The position numbers were made by a program, and so were the translations under genes. Below, in pieces: positions 21,611 to 31,252 of a stretch of 64,000 bases of DNA. The notes beneath the pieces are model-generated. The model made no database searches. It saw only the letters and a list, made by a program, of their open reading frames with translations, and was not told the origin of the DNA. Each line of letters opens with the position of its first letter. Position 1 is the stretch's first letter. Source of the stretch: Staphylococcus phage Twort; the sequence record NC_007021.1; one strand, 5' to 3'.

Positions 21611-22672
21611 ATGAGATTCCAAGACTTTTTAACGCAAGAACTAGGAACACCTAAAATAAATAATGGGGAGTATCAGTACTGCTGTCCTTTCTGTGGTGAA
21701 CAAAAGTATAAGTTCTATGTAAAAGACTCTTTACAATCCGATAACGGATTGTATCACTGTAAGAAGTGTGATGCTACAGGAAACCCGATTACATTTATGA
21801 AAGGCTATTATTCTGTATCTGCAAAACAAGCTATAGACTTATTAGAAACTAAAAATATAACTTTTGAGATAAGCCCATTAGATAACTACAGTAATGAACT
21901 TTCAGAATCAGATAAACTTATACTACACCTAAGAAAAAAGAATCATAAACAGGAAACAAGACCAACAAAACCCCCTAGATTACCTATAGGATTTAAATAC
22001 TTAAAGGATAACTTACAAAATAAGGAATCATATCCATTCCTATACTACTTAAAAAACAGGGGAATTACACTTGACCAAATTATAGAACATAACATAGCTT
22101 ATGTAACAGATGGTTACTTTTATAAAACAAATGGGGAAAAAGCATCGTTAAGAAATAGTGTTATCTTTTTCACGTATGATAATAATGGTAAATATAAGTA
22201 TTGGAATACTCGTAGTATAGAACCTAATCCTTACTTAAAATCTATTAATGCACCTTCTAAAGAACAAGAATATGCAAGGAAAAATTGTATCTTTAATTTT
22301 AATGTTGCTAGAAATGAAAGGGTAATGATTATAACTGAAGGTGTTTTCGATGCTCTTACGTTTGGTAAATCAGGTGTTGCTACTTTTGGTAAACAAGTAA
22401 CACAATCACAATTAGACCAAATTATACAACATACAAATAAAGATACTATTATATATATTATGTTAGATAGTGATGCATTAACTAACAATATTAAGTTAGC
22501 TAGAAGATTACATGAGCATTTTACTACGTTTGTTGTTCCACATGGTGTAGAAGATGCAAATGATATGGGTAAAGAAAAAGCTGTTAAAGTACTTAAAGAA
22601 AATAGAATTTTAGCAACACCAGAAAACTTACAAAATTACTTATTACAACAAAAATTAACATTTAATGCTTGA
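21611..22672 (+). CDS. DnaG-like DNA primase
   Basis: Zinc-binding CCPFCG...HCKKC. TOPRIM motifs ITEGVFDALT and LDSDALTNN. Confidence 0.75.
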   Translation: MRFQDFLTQELGTPKINNGEYQYCCPFCGEQKYKFYVKDSLQSDNGLYHCKKCDATGNPITFMKGYYSVSAKQAIDLLETKNITFEISPLDNYSNELSESDKLILHLRKKNHKQETRPTKPPRLPIGFKYLKDNLQNKESYPFLYYLKNRGITLDQIIEHNIAYVTDGYFYKTNGEKASLRNSVIFFTYDNNGKYKYWNTRSIEPNPYLKSINAPSKEQEYARKNCIFNFNVARNERVMIITEGVFDALTFGKSGVATFGKQVTQSQLDQIIQHTNKDTIIYIMLDSDALTNNIKLARRLHEHFTTFVVPHGVEDANDMGKEKAVKVLKENRILATPENLQNYLLQQKLTFNA

Positions 22673-22726
22673 TTTAACATAAAATTTATGGTACAATAAT
22701 GAAAGACAAGTGAAGGAGGTCTATCT

Positions 22727-23035
22727 TTGGAAAAGAAAAGTATTTATACATTTGTAGATGAATACTTAATTTTAGAATCTACAAAAAATAAAGAAAAGCT
22801 AGAACAGTTAGAAGAAGAAGGTAACAGATTAACTGCTACATACACAGATGTAGCAAAGGCAATTACTAACTTAACTTACGGTATTAATGAGCAATTAACT
22901 GATGTACATAGTATGGTAGCATCCTTATTATCCATTTTAGTAGAGGCTATGTACGAGGAAAAGGTTATTGACCAAAAAGTATTAGACAAAATTGAAGAAT
23001 ATCAAAATAAATTATATGAAAAGGAAGATGAATAA
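22727..23035 (+). CDS. hypothetical protein
   Basis: 102-aa ORF with GAAGGAGG RBS. Confidence 0.4.
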   Translation: MEKKSIYTFVDEYLILESTKNKEKLEQLEEEGNRLTATYTDVAKAITNLTYGINEQLTDVHSMVASLLSILVEAMYEEKVIDQKVLDKIEEYQNKLYEKEDE

Positions 23036-23466
23036 TGGAAAAAACTGTATCAACTCATGCTAAGGATATTTCGACTAATGATTTAAATAAATGGTTAGAG
23101 GCTGTTACTACTAACCGTCTTAATGGTAAAGAGATTGGAGAAAAAGAAACTAAAGAGTTACAACGTTTAGGTAATCGTGCTGTATCTTTAGAAGTAGCTA
23201 CACGTATTGCTATGTCTTTAGCAGAACACGAAGTACAAAATGTAGCATCACGTTTATTACAATCCGTAGACCTTATTCAACAAATTATGGAAGATGAATT
23301 AGGTATTGATGAAGAAAAACTTAATAAAGCGGTAGCTAAATTAAATGATAAGTATGAGGCTTACATTAAAGAGCAACAAGAAAAAATTAAAGAAGCACAA
23401 AAAAAGGAAGTAGAAACAGACAGTAATGAGAAAGTCGTTTCTATGAAACCTAAAAATGAGCAGTAA
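23035..23466 (+). CDS. hypothetical protein
   Basis: 143-aa ORF with start/stop overlap. Confidence 0.4.
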   Translation: MEKTVSTHAKDISTNDLNKWLEAVTTNRLNGKEIGEKETKELQRLGNRAVSLEVATRIAMSLAEHEVQNVASRLLQSVDLIQQIMEDELGIDEEKLNKAVAKLNDKYEAYIKEQQEKIKEAQKKEVETDSNEKVVSMKPKNEQ

Positions 23467-24055
23467 AAGTAAAGGTGATACATTCGAAAGAAAAATAGCT
23501 AAAGCACTAGGTGAGTGGTGGGGTTATAAATTTAACCGTACACCACAATCTGGTGGAGCTAGTTGGGGAGCTCAAAATAATGCAGTAGGGGATATTGTAA
23601 CACCTCCTGACGCTGAGTTTCCTTTAGTTATAGAATGTAAGCATAGAGAAAATTGGAACATGGATAATGTATTACTTAATAACAAAGAGCCTCACACATG
23701 GTGGCAACAAGTTATTAGAGATTCAGAGCATGTAGGTAAAGTGCCCTGTCTTATTTTTACTAGAAATAGAGCAAGGGATTATGTTGCATTACCTTATATA
23801 GAATCTGTATATAATGACCTTAGAGATAAAGATTATCCCGTTATGAGAACAAGTTTTATTACTACTAATCTTAAAGAAGAAAAGTTTTATTATGATGTCG
23901 TTATAACTACTATTGAAGGGTTGACCCATTTCAAACCTTGCTATATTAAATCTTGCTACAACGAATTTAAGGTAGAACCTTACAAAACAACGTCTAAAAA
24001 AACTATAACTAAAGATGAAAACAGTTTAATAGATGATATTTTAGATAATATATAA
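23456..24055 (+). CDS. putative Holliday-junction resolvase (archaeal Hjc-like PD-(D/E)xK nuclease)
   Basis: KGDTFERKIAKAL...QSGGA...GDIV...LVIECKHRE matches the Hjc pattern KGxxFERxL...SG...D(I/V)...(I/V)E(V/C)K. Confidence 0.45.
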   Translation: MSSKSKGDTFERKIAKALGEWWGYKFNRTPQSGGASWGAQNNAVGDIVTPPDAEFPLVIECKHRENWNMDNVLLNNKEPHTWWQQVIRDSEHVGKVPCLIFTRNRARDYVALPYIESVYNDLRDKDYPVMRTSFITTNLKEEKFYYDVVITTIEGLTHFKPCYIKSCYNEFKVEPYKTTSKKTITKDENSLIDDILDNI

Positions 24056-24070
24056 CAAGGACTGATATGA

Positions 24071-24463
24071 ATGACAAAAGAGGAAAGACCCATAATTGTA
24101 TACTACAGTGGTACAGGACAAACTAAAAGATTAGTAGATAAAATTAATAATGATTCATTTGAGGTAATGAGAATGAAAACAGGCAATGAGATAGTAGAGC
24201 AACCTTACATTCTTATTACCCCTACTTATATGAAAGGTGAAATTCCTAAACAAGTACAAAAATTTATTAGTAATAATCATGCACCTAAAGAAGTTATTGG
24301 CACAGGAAATAAACAGTGGGGAGAACACTTTTGCGGTGCAAGTAAAAAAATAGCTGAAATGTTTAGTATACCTCTTGTTGCTAAGATTGAACAAGCAGGT
24401 CATTTTAATGAAGTAAATACTATTAAAGAGTATTTTACAACAGAATACAAAGTTAGTTATTAG
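24071..24463 (+). CDS. nrdI: NrdI flavodoxin-like protein
   Basis: IVYYSGTGQTKRL FMN-binding motif. 130 aa, directly upstream of nrdE. Confidence 0.7.
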   Translation: MTKEERPIIVYYSGTGQTKRLVDKINNDSFEVMRMKTGNEIVEQPYILITPTYMKGEIPKQVQKFISNNHAPKEVIGTGNKQWGEHFCGASKKIAEMFSIPLVAKIEQAGHFNEVNTIKEYFTTEYKVSY

Positions 24464-24473
24464 AGGTGAAAAG

Positions 24474-25193
24474 ATGGCAACTTATGGTAAGTGGATTGAC
24501 CTTAATAATGAGGTCACTCAACTAGACGAAAATGGAAAAAATAAACTCTATAAGGACAAAGAAGCCTTAGAAGAGTACTCAAAATATATTGAAAAGAATA
24601 CACGTAATTTTGATAATGAAGTAGAGCGTGTACGTACCTTAACTAAAGAGGGTACTTATGATAAGGTGTTTGATAGTATTCCTGATACTATTATTGAAGA
24701 AATGACAAAGTTAGCTTATAGTTTTAACTTTCAATTTCAGAGCTTTATGGCATGTCAAAAGTTCTATGAATCATATGCTGTGACACAGTATGATAAAGAT
24801 GATAATCCTATTTTTGTAGAAGATTATGAACAACATAATGTACGTGTTGCGCTTTATTTATTTCAAGACGATTATGTTAAAGCTAGAGAAATGTTAATTC
24901 AATTAATGGAACAGACATTACAGCCCGCTACACCAGTATATCTTAACTCAGGGTTAGGTAAACGTGGTGAATTGTCATCTTGTTATTTATTTATTGTAGA
25001 TGATACTATCGAATCTATTAACTTTATTACAGACTCCGTACGACAAGCATCTAAAAATGCAGGAGGTTGTGCAGTAGACTTAACAAGATTACGCCCTAGA
25101 GGAACAGAGGTTAATGGTGTTCCTAATGCTAGTAAGGGTGTAATACCATTTGCAAAAAATATCGAGCAGAGCGTATCATATTTCAACCAGGGT
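24474..25193 (+). CDS. nrdE: ribonucleotide reductase class Ib alpha subunit NrdE, exon 1
   Basis: N-terminal NrdE sequence up to ...SYFNQG. The ORF then runs into an intron; the last codon GGT ends with U (G.U splice site). Confidence 0.75.
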
Positions 25194-25622
25194 AAACAAT
25201 TCTGCCCCCTATATTAGTAATAGTGTAGGTTAAAAAACTTCCTTAATTCATGGGAAATCTCCTTGACTTTTATTATAAATTTTGGTATAGTAAAATGAGA
25301 AGGAGATAATCATGAGCAAGATAACCAATAGCAAAGAAACCCAAAAAAGTACCTAACGCTACTAAAAGTATTTACCACCATATAAAAAGTAAAAGAAGAT
25401 GGAAGTCATTAAATCACTTAATGAATTGGTAATTATCTTGTGCAACGACTAGAGAAAAGATAGTTTATTGTTACAGGCAGTAAATGAAGACTGAGTATCG
25501 TACACTCAAGTGAGTGGAAACAGGAAGTATCCTAGAGTAACGACTAGGATAATGATATAGTCTGAACATTGTAGGTGACTACAAGAAGGTAAGGAGTAAC
25601 GAACCTTATCGTAACATAATTG
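25194..25622 (+). mobile_element. group I intron 1 in nrdE (no ORF)
   Basis: Interrupts the conserved NQxGxRxGA motif. 3' core AAGGTAAGGAGTAACGAACCTTATCGTAACATAATYG is shared with intron 2. Ends with G. Boundaries are +/-3 nt. Confidence 0.65.
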
Positions 25623-26648
25623 GGAAAACGTGAAGGCTCTGCAGTATGTTATTTAAATATATTCCACCCAGATATTCATGAATTTTTAAGTTCTAAAAAA
25701 ATTAATGCTAGTGATAAAGTAAGATTAGACACATTATCTATTGGTGTAACAATACCAAATAAGTTTATGGAATTACTTAAAGAAGATAAATACTACTATA
25801 CATTTAATGTATATGATGTTAAACAAAAATATGGGTTTACATTAAATGAAATAAACATGTCCGAGTATTATGATATATTTGTGAATGATGATGATATTAG
25901 AAAAGAAAAATATTATACAAGAGATATAATGACTGACATTGCAAGAACACAACTAGAGTCAGGATACCCTTATGTTTTCTACATTGATAACGCAAATGAC
26001 AATCACCCTTTGAAGAAACTAGGTAAAGTTCAAATGTCTAATTTATGCTGTGAGGTGACACAGCTACAAGAAGTATCCGACATATTCCCATATTTACAAT
26101 CACATAATGATACTATTGGGAATGATGTTGTGTGTACGTTAGGTTCATTAAATTTAGTGAATGTTGTAGAAAAAGGATTGCTTAAAGAATCCGTAGATAG
26201 TGGTATTCGTTCGTTATCTAAAGTAACGGATTTAATGAACGTTCCATTTTTACCAAGTGTTCAGAAGGCAAACGATGAGCTACGAGCTATAGGTCTTGGA
26301 GCAATGAACTGGCATGGACTTCTAGCAAAGAATATGCTTAGTTATGGTTCTAGGGAATCTCTAGACATTGCTAATAGTTTATTTAGTGCTATTAGATACT
26401 ACTCTATTAAGTCTAGTATGGAACTAGCTAAAGAAACTGGTAAAGTTTTTAAAGGTTTTAAAGAATCAGAATACTATACTGGAGAAGTGTTTAGTTCATA
26501 TATTCAAAAGTCACATGAACCTAGAACTAAAAAAGCTAAAAAAGTACTAGAAAAGGTATATATCCCTACGGAAGAAGACTGGAACTCTTTAAGCAAAGAT
26601 GTAAAAGAGTATGGTATGTACAACGGATACTTAAATAATCTTGCACCT
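25623..26648 (+). CDS. nrdE: NrdE exon 2
   Basis: GKREGSAVCYLNIFHPDIHEFL and NLCCEV active-site region. Ends ...NLAP (cct, U) before intron 2. Confidence 0.75.
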
Positions 26649-27735
26649 TATATATTAGGGCGTGTATAAGAATACATGATAACTCTTTCGAATTGCTGGA
26701 ACACCCTTAGAGCCTAATAAACTACAACGTAACTAGAAATGGTAAGCGTGAATGTTTAAAAATTATTGGGATTGGGCAATCAGCATCTAAGATTCTAAAT
26801 AATTATAATTAAAATAAAGTGTAACAAAGGAAGATATATTATAGAGGAGTTATGGAAAGAAATACCTGGGTTTAATTCATACATGATTAGTAATAAAGGT
26901 CAGGTTTACTCAAGAAAAAGAAATAAGATACTAGCTTTACGAACAGATAAAAATGGGTATAAAAGAATATCTATTTTTAACAATGAAGGTAAAAGAATTC
27001 TATTAGGAGTTCATAAGTTAGTTCTCTTAGGTTTTAAAGGTATTAATACTGAAAAGCCTATACCTCACCATAAGAATAATATTAAAGATGATAACAGATT
27101 AGAAAATTTGGAATGGGTTACAGTTAGTGAAAATACCAAGCATGCATATGATATAGGGGCTTTAAAATCACCTAGGAGAGTTACATGTACTCTTTATTAT
27201 AAAGGAGAACCTTTATCATGCTATGACTCGTTGTTTGACTTAGCTAAGGCTTTAAAAGTAAGTAGAAGTGTAATAGAGAGTCCTAGAAATGGTTTGGTGT
27301 TATCTACTTTTGAAGTAAAAAGAGAACCTACAATACAAGGACTACCTTTAAATAAAGAGATATTTGAGCATAGTTTAATTAAGGGCTTGGGTAATCCTCC
27401 TTTAAAAGTGTATAATGAAGATGAAACCTACTACTTTTTAACTTTAATGGACATAAGTAAGTACTTTAATGAATCATACTCTAAAGTACAACGAGGATAT
27501 TATAAAGGTAAGTGGAAAAGTTATATTATAGAACATATTGATTTTTATGAGTATTACAAACAAACACATTAATTATAATTACAAGAATAAAGTTCAACGA
27601 CTATCCCGTTGCTGGGAGTACACTCAAGTGAGTGGAAGTGGAAGAGGTCTTACTTAAGTAAGATGTGATATAGTCTGGACGTATATGGAAACATATAGAA
27701 GGTAAGGAGTAACGAACCTTATCGTAACATAATCG
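26649..27735 (+). mobile_element. group I intron 2 in nrdE carrying an HNH homing endonuclease ORF
   Basis: Splits the conserved APTxSIS motif (exon 2 ...NLAP | TQSISYV exon 3). The conserved intron 3' core is repeated at 25575-25622 and 27690-27735. Confidence 0.7.
26883..27572 (+). CDS. intron-encoded HNH homing endonuclease
   Basis: HNH motif HHKNNIKDDNRLENLEWVTVSENTKHA. Resembles the I-HmuI/I-BasI class of Bacillus phage intron endonucleases (established knowledge). Confidence 0.75.
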   Translation: MISNKGQVYSRKRNKILALRTDKNGYKRISIFNNEGKRILLGVHKLVLLGFKGINTEKPIPHHKNNIKDDNRLENLEWVTVSENTKHAYDIGALKSPRRVTCTLYYKGEPLSCYDSLFDLAKALKVSRSVIESPRNGLVLSTFEVKREPTIQGLPLNKEIFEHSLIKGLGNPPLKVYNEDETYYFLTLMDISKYFNESYSKVQRGYYKGKWKSYIIEHIDFYEYYKQTH

Positions 27736-28104
27736 ACACAATCCATTTCGTATGTACAAAATGCAACTTCTAGTATTATGCCAGTACCTTCACCTATTGA
27801 AAATAGACGCTATGGTAACATGGACACATACTATCCTATGCCGTTTATGTCACCAATTACACAATTTTTCTACGAGAGTGAAACAGCATATAAATTAGAT
27901 AATAAACGTATTATTAATACAAGTGCGGTGATTCAAAAACACGTAGACCAAGCTATTTCTACTATTCTTTACGTAGAGTCTGAAATACCAACTAATAAAT
28001 TAGTAAGTTTATATTATTATGCTTGGGAAAAAGGTTTAAAATCTTTATACTATACCCGTTCACAAACATTAAAAGTTATTGAGTGTGAATCTTGTAGTGT
28101 ATAA
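27736..28104 (+). CDS. nrdE: NrdE exon 3 (C-terminal, YY tail)
   Basis: In-frame TQSISYVQNATSSIMPVPSPI... ending ...LYYTRS, with the conserved C-terminal tyrosines. Confidence 0.75.
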   Translation, partial: TQSISYVQNATSSIMPVPSPIENRRYGNMDTYYPMPFMSPITQFFYESETAYKLDNKRIINTSAVIQKHVDQAISTILYVESEIPTNKLVSLYYYAWEKGLKSLYYTRSQTLKVIECESCSV

Positions 28105-28119
28105 GAAAGGAAATCAGTA

Positions 28120-29169
28120 ATGGAACTTAAGAGACAAGTAGATAAATACTATAAAGATAAAATTAAAAACTTAGAAGCTGTTAACTGGAACGAGGAAGAT
28201 GAAATGGCTAATAACTTTTGGGAGTTAGCCACAACTTCCTTCTGGTTACCAGAAGACTTTGATATTTCACGAGATGTAAGCTCATGGAATAAATTAACAG
28301 ATATTGAAAAAGATACTTATAAAAAAGTTTTAGCAGGTTTAACAGGGTTAGATACTAAGCAAAGTGTTGAAGGAATGTCATTAATTGCACATCATGAACC
28401 TAGAACAAGATTTGCTCAAGTATACACAGCCTTTGATTTTTATGAATCAATCCATGCTAAGTCCTATAGTCATATTTTTACTACTTTATTATTAAATAAA
28501 GAAACAAATTACTTATTAAATGAGTGGGTAGAACAAGAACCACACCTAAAGAAAAAAGCACAGTATATTGGATATTTTTATGAAAAATTAGAACAGCCTA
28601 ATCCTAGTACATTTGATAGATATATGGCTAAAGTAGCCAGTGCTTTTTTAGAAAGCGCATTATTCTATTCAGGGTTCTATTATCCTCTACTACTATCAGG
28701 TCAAGGGGTTATGGTTCAATCAGGAACTACTATCTACAAGATTACACAAGATGAGGCATATCATGGTGTAGGAGTAGGTTATACCGCACAGTTAGATTAC
28801 CAAGAACTTACAGAAGAAGAGCAGTCTAAAGCTGATGCTCTTATGTACGAATTATTAGAAGTACTATATGAAAATGAAGTATCTTACTCACATATGTTAT
28901 ATGATAAGTTAGGATTAACGGAAGATGTTATTAGATATGTTCAATATAACTTCAATAGAGCTTTAGCTAACTTAGGGTTTGATGATTACTTTAATCCAGA
29001 ACCTTTTAATCCTATTGTAAATAACCAAACTAATGTAGATAAACTTAGTAATGCAGATTTCTTTAGTACAAAAAATGATTATAAACGCTCTATGAATACT
29101 AAAGACCTTAAAGATGAAGATTTTAAGTTTGATGATAAAGAATCTACTTTAGTAGATGAATTTTTATAA
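28120..29169 (+). CDS. nrdF: ribonucleotide reductase class Ib beta subunit NrdF
   Basis: Di-iron ligand motifs FYESIHAKSYSHIF and QDEAYHGV. Confidence 0.8.
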   Translation: MELKRQVDKYYKDKIKNLEAVNWNEEDEMANNFWELATTSFWLPEDFDISRDVSSWNKLTDIEKDTYKKVLAGLTGLDTKQSVEGMSLIAHHEPRTRFAQVYTAFDFYESIHAKSYSHIFTTLLLNKETNYLLNEWVEQEPHLKKKAQYIGYFYEKLEQPNPSTFDRYMAKVASAFLESALFYSGFYYPLLLSGQGVMVQSGTTIYKITQDEAYHGVGVGYTAQLDYQELTEEEQSKADALMYELLEVLYENEVSYSHMLYDKLGLTEDVIRYVQYNFNRALANLGFDDYFNPEPFNPIVNNQTNVDKLSNADFFSTKNDYKRSMNTKDLKDEDFKFDDKESTLVDEFL

Positions 29170-29181
29170 AGGAATGATGTT

Positions 29182-29451
29182 ATGGAAAGATTAGATAGAG
29201 ATAAAGCATTAGAGATTCTTAACAAAACAAGCATTGTTTTACAAAATCAAGAAGACTTTAATGTTTCCGAAGTACGAGATGTTTATGGTGCTAAATGTGT
29301 AACTATTGGTTATGATACAGAAGATTATTTTCTTATTTATGATAACAATAAGTTAACCTTAAATTCAAAGCCTAATGATTCAGGGTTTGACAATACAGTA
29401 ACTGTAAATTCATTTGAAGATATTTTAAATACGATTGGGGAAGAAGATTAA
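29182..29451 (+). CDS. hypothetical protein
   Basis: 89-aa ORF inside the nrd operon. Confidence 0.4.
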   Translation: MERLDRDKALEILNKTSIVLQNQEDFNVSEVRDVYGAKCVTIGYDTEDYFLIYDNNKLTLNSKPNDSGFDNTVTVNSFEDILNTIGEED

Positions 29452-29761
29452 TATGGAAGAAGTAAAAAGTTTATTAGACTTAAATGTACAAGTAAGACAA
29501 AAGAAAGATGCTATTGCGTTATTGACACAAAATAATTGTGGTAAATGTGAAATCTTAAAACAGGTCATTCCACATTTAAACTTAGCTAAACCGTTATTTG
29601 TTTTAAACTTAGATGGTAAGGATGCTGACCGTGAACAAATTATTAACCACTTTGACCTTATGTCTACGCCAGTACTTGTAGGATATAAAGATGGGGAACT
29701 AGTTAAGAAGTTTGAAGATGATGTTACACCACAACAATTACAAGAACTAGAAGATTTATAA
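29435..29761 (+). CDS. thioredoxin/NrdH-like redoxin
   Basis: CGKC redox motif within a ~100-aa thioredoxin-fold-sized protein, adjacent to nrdF. Confidence 0.55.
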   Translation: MGKKINMEEVKSLLDLNVQVRQKKDAIALLTQNNCGKCEILKQVIPHLNLAKPLFVLNLDGKDADREQIINHFDLMSTPVLVGYKDGELVKKFEDDVTPQQLQELEDL

Positions 29762-29771
29762 TTTTGGGTTA

Positions 29772-29809
29772 CCGCTACTTTATGTTATACTAAGGTAGCG
29801 GGTTTGTTT
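29772..29809 (+). terminator. possible weak terminator (7-bp stem CCGCTAC/GTAGCGG, 16-nt loop, U-rich tail)
   Basis: Sequence inspection. Weak. Confidence 0.3.
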
Positions 29810-29840
29810 AGGGGTCTACTAAACAAAGGAATGATTAATT

Positions 29841-30563
29841 TTGGCAAAGAATAAGACTTTAACTATTTATAATAGTGATAGGTACTTTAATATACATACT
29901 AAAAAGAAGTCAGAATTAGATGCTATTAAAGTACTTTCTTACAATGAAAAATCTTTAGAAAATATTATGGACGATTTAGAATCAAAATCCTCTAGATATG
30001 TTATGAGAGATGACAGACACTACTTATTATTTAATGAAAAATATAATAATGATAAGTTAATAGAAAAAATCATTAAACATGGTGGTAAAGTAACGTATTA
30101 CACAGATACTGTTGTACCTTACTATGTATTTAAAGATTTAGCTAAACACCAAGATTCTACAGTAGTATATCGTATGCGTAAAGATTTTACTGATAAAGAA
30201 ATAGATAATATAGCTTTATCTTTTATGGGTACTAAAGTTGTTGTAGATATTTCTGTTGTACTCCCTAATGTAAACCCCTATGAAATTATTAGACAGCTAC
30301 ATAGTGTTAAAACCAATGTTGATGAAGTACATTTAAGTTTCCCTAGACTTAAAGATGTATCAGATAAACAGAAAAAGTTTTATGACTTTGATGGTGAGGC
30401 ATATACTATGAAACCAGAATATAAAGTAGATTTTGCTGATAGATTACGAGTATCTTTATCAGTATGGAAGATGTACATTTATATATTAACAGATGCTAGA
30501 GACCATAAAGGCGTACAGAAGGTTATAGATAAGATAAAGAAACATAGGAAAGTTAAGATATAA
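29841..30563 (+). CDS. hypothetical protein (TTG start)
   Basis: 240-aa ORF preceded by the AAAGGAATGATTAATT RBS context also seen at 8619. Confidence 0.4.
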   Translation: MAKNKTLTIYNSDRYFNIHTKKKSELDAIKVLSYNEKSLENIMDDLESKSSRYVMRDDRHYLLFNEKYNNDKLIEKIIKHGGKVTYYTDTVVPYYVFKDLAKHQDSTVVYRMRKDFTDKEIDNIALSFMGTKVVVDISVVLPNVNPYEIIRQLHSVKTNVDEVHLSFPRLKDVSDKQKKFYDFDGEAYTMKPEYKVDFADRLRVSLSVWKMYIYILTDARDHKGVQKVIDKIKKHRKVKI

Positions 30564-30859
30564 TGGCAAATAGAAAAGACATTGTAAGAAGAATATCAGA
30601 TAAAACTGGTTATTATATGCAAGATATTGAAGAAATACTTAATGCTGAAGCAGAGTCTATATATGAACTTCTAAAAGAAGGTAATGATAAAATAAAATAC
30701 CATAAGTTTTATCAGATAGAAGTAGAAACTAGGGAACCTAAAGAAGCATGGGATGGACTAAATAAAAGGTATTTTCAAATACCAGAAAAAAAATATATTA
30801 AGTTTAGGCCTATGTCGGAACTAGAGAAGGTAATAAAAGAAATTAACGAGGAAGAGTAA
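30563..30859 (+). CDS. HU/IHF-type DNA-binding protein (TF1-like)
   Basis: 98 aa. The pattern RKDIVRRISDKTG...KIKYHKFYQIEVETRE...FQIPEKKYIKFRP aligns with the HU fold, including the beta-arm region. Confidence 0.5.
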   Translation: MANRKDIVRRISDKTGYYMQDIEEILNAEAESIYELLKEGNDKIKYHKFYQIEVETREPKEAWDGLNKRYFQIPEKKYIKFRPMSELEKVIKEINEEE

Positions 30860-30876
30860 ATTCTTCCTCTTTTTTA
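30848..30876 (+). terminator. rho-independent terminator
   Basis: GAGGAAGA-gtaaat-TCTTCCTC followed by TTTTTT. Confidence 0.7.
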
Positions 30877-30905
30877 TTGACATTCTTTTATTTATGATAT
30901 ATACT
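30877..30905 (+). promoter_or_regulatory. promoter TTGACATTC-17-TATACT
   Basis: TTGACA at 30877-30882, TATACT at 30900-30905. Confidence 0.55.
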
Positions 30906-30938
30906 AAGTATGTACTAATAAGGAGGAGGAGGTATAAT

Positions 30939-31250
30939 ATGGAAGATTTAATTAGTTACTTTTACTCTATGGAAAGTAAGATGTTAAATGGGTGTGAGTT
31001 AAAAACCACTATGATAGAAGACAATAAGGATATTACATTATATTTTAAGGTAAATAAAAATGTAGAGATTATTTATGTAAATCAATACACAGATTCTACT
31101 TTACTAGTACTTGATGTAGAGGCAGGAGCTGAATACGTTACAACTAAAGAAGGACTAGGGGTTTGGTTACATGAGATTACTAGAAACATGTATAATAGAA
31201 ACTACCTTAAAGTCATTGATAAATTATATAGATTAGATTGGAGAGGGTAA
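30939..31250 (+). CDS. hypothetical protein
   Basis: Likely start is ATGGAAGAT after the AGGAGGAGGAGG RBS. The track start at 30894 overlaps the promoter. Confidence 0.4.
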   Translation: MEDLISYFYSMESKMLNGCELKTTMIEDNKDITLYFKVNKNVEIIYVNQYTDSTLLVLDVEAGAEYVTTKEGLGVWLHEITRNMYNRNYLKVIDKLYRLDWRG

Positions 31251-31252
31251 GT

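Noticed and set aside
25620-25622. TTG at 25620 as an independent start for the middle nrdE segment, i.e. separate genes rather than exons
   Set aside because: The three segments align consecutively to a single NrdE and are interrupted inside invariant motifs. There is no RBS before the TTG. The conserved intron cores and splice-site U/G rules support splicing.
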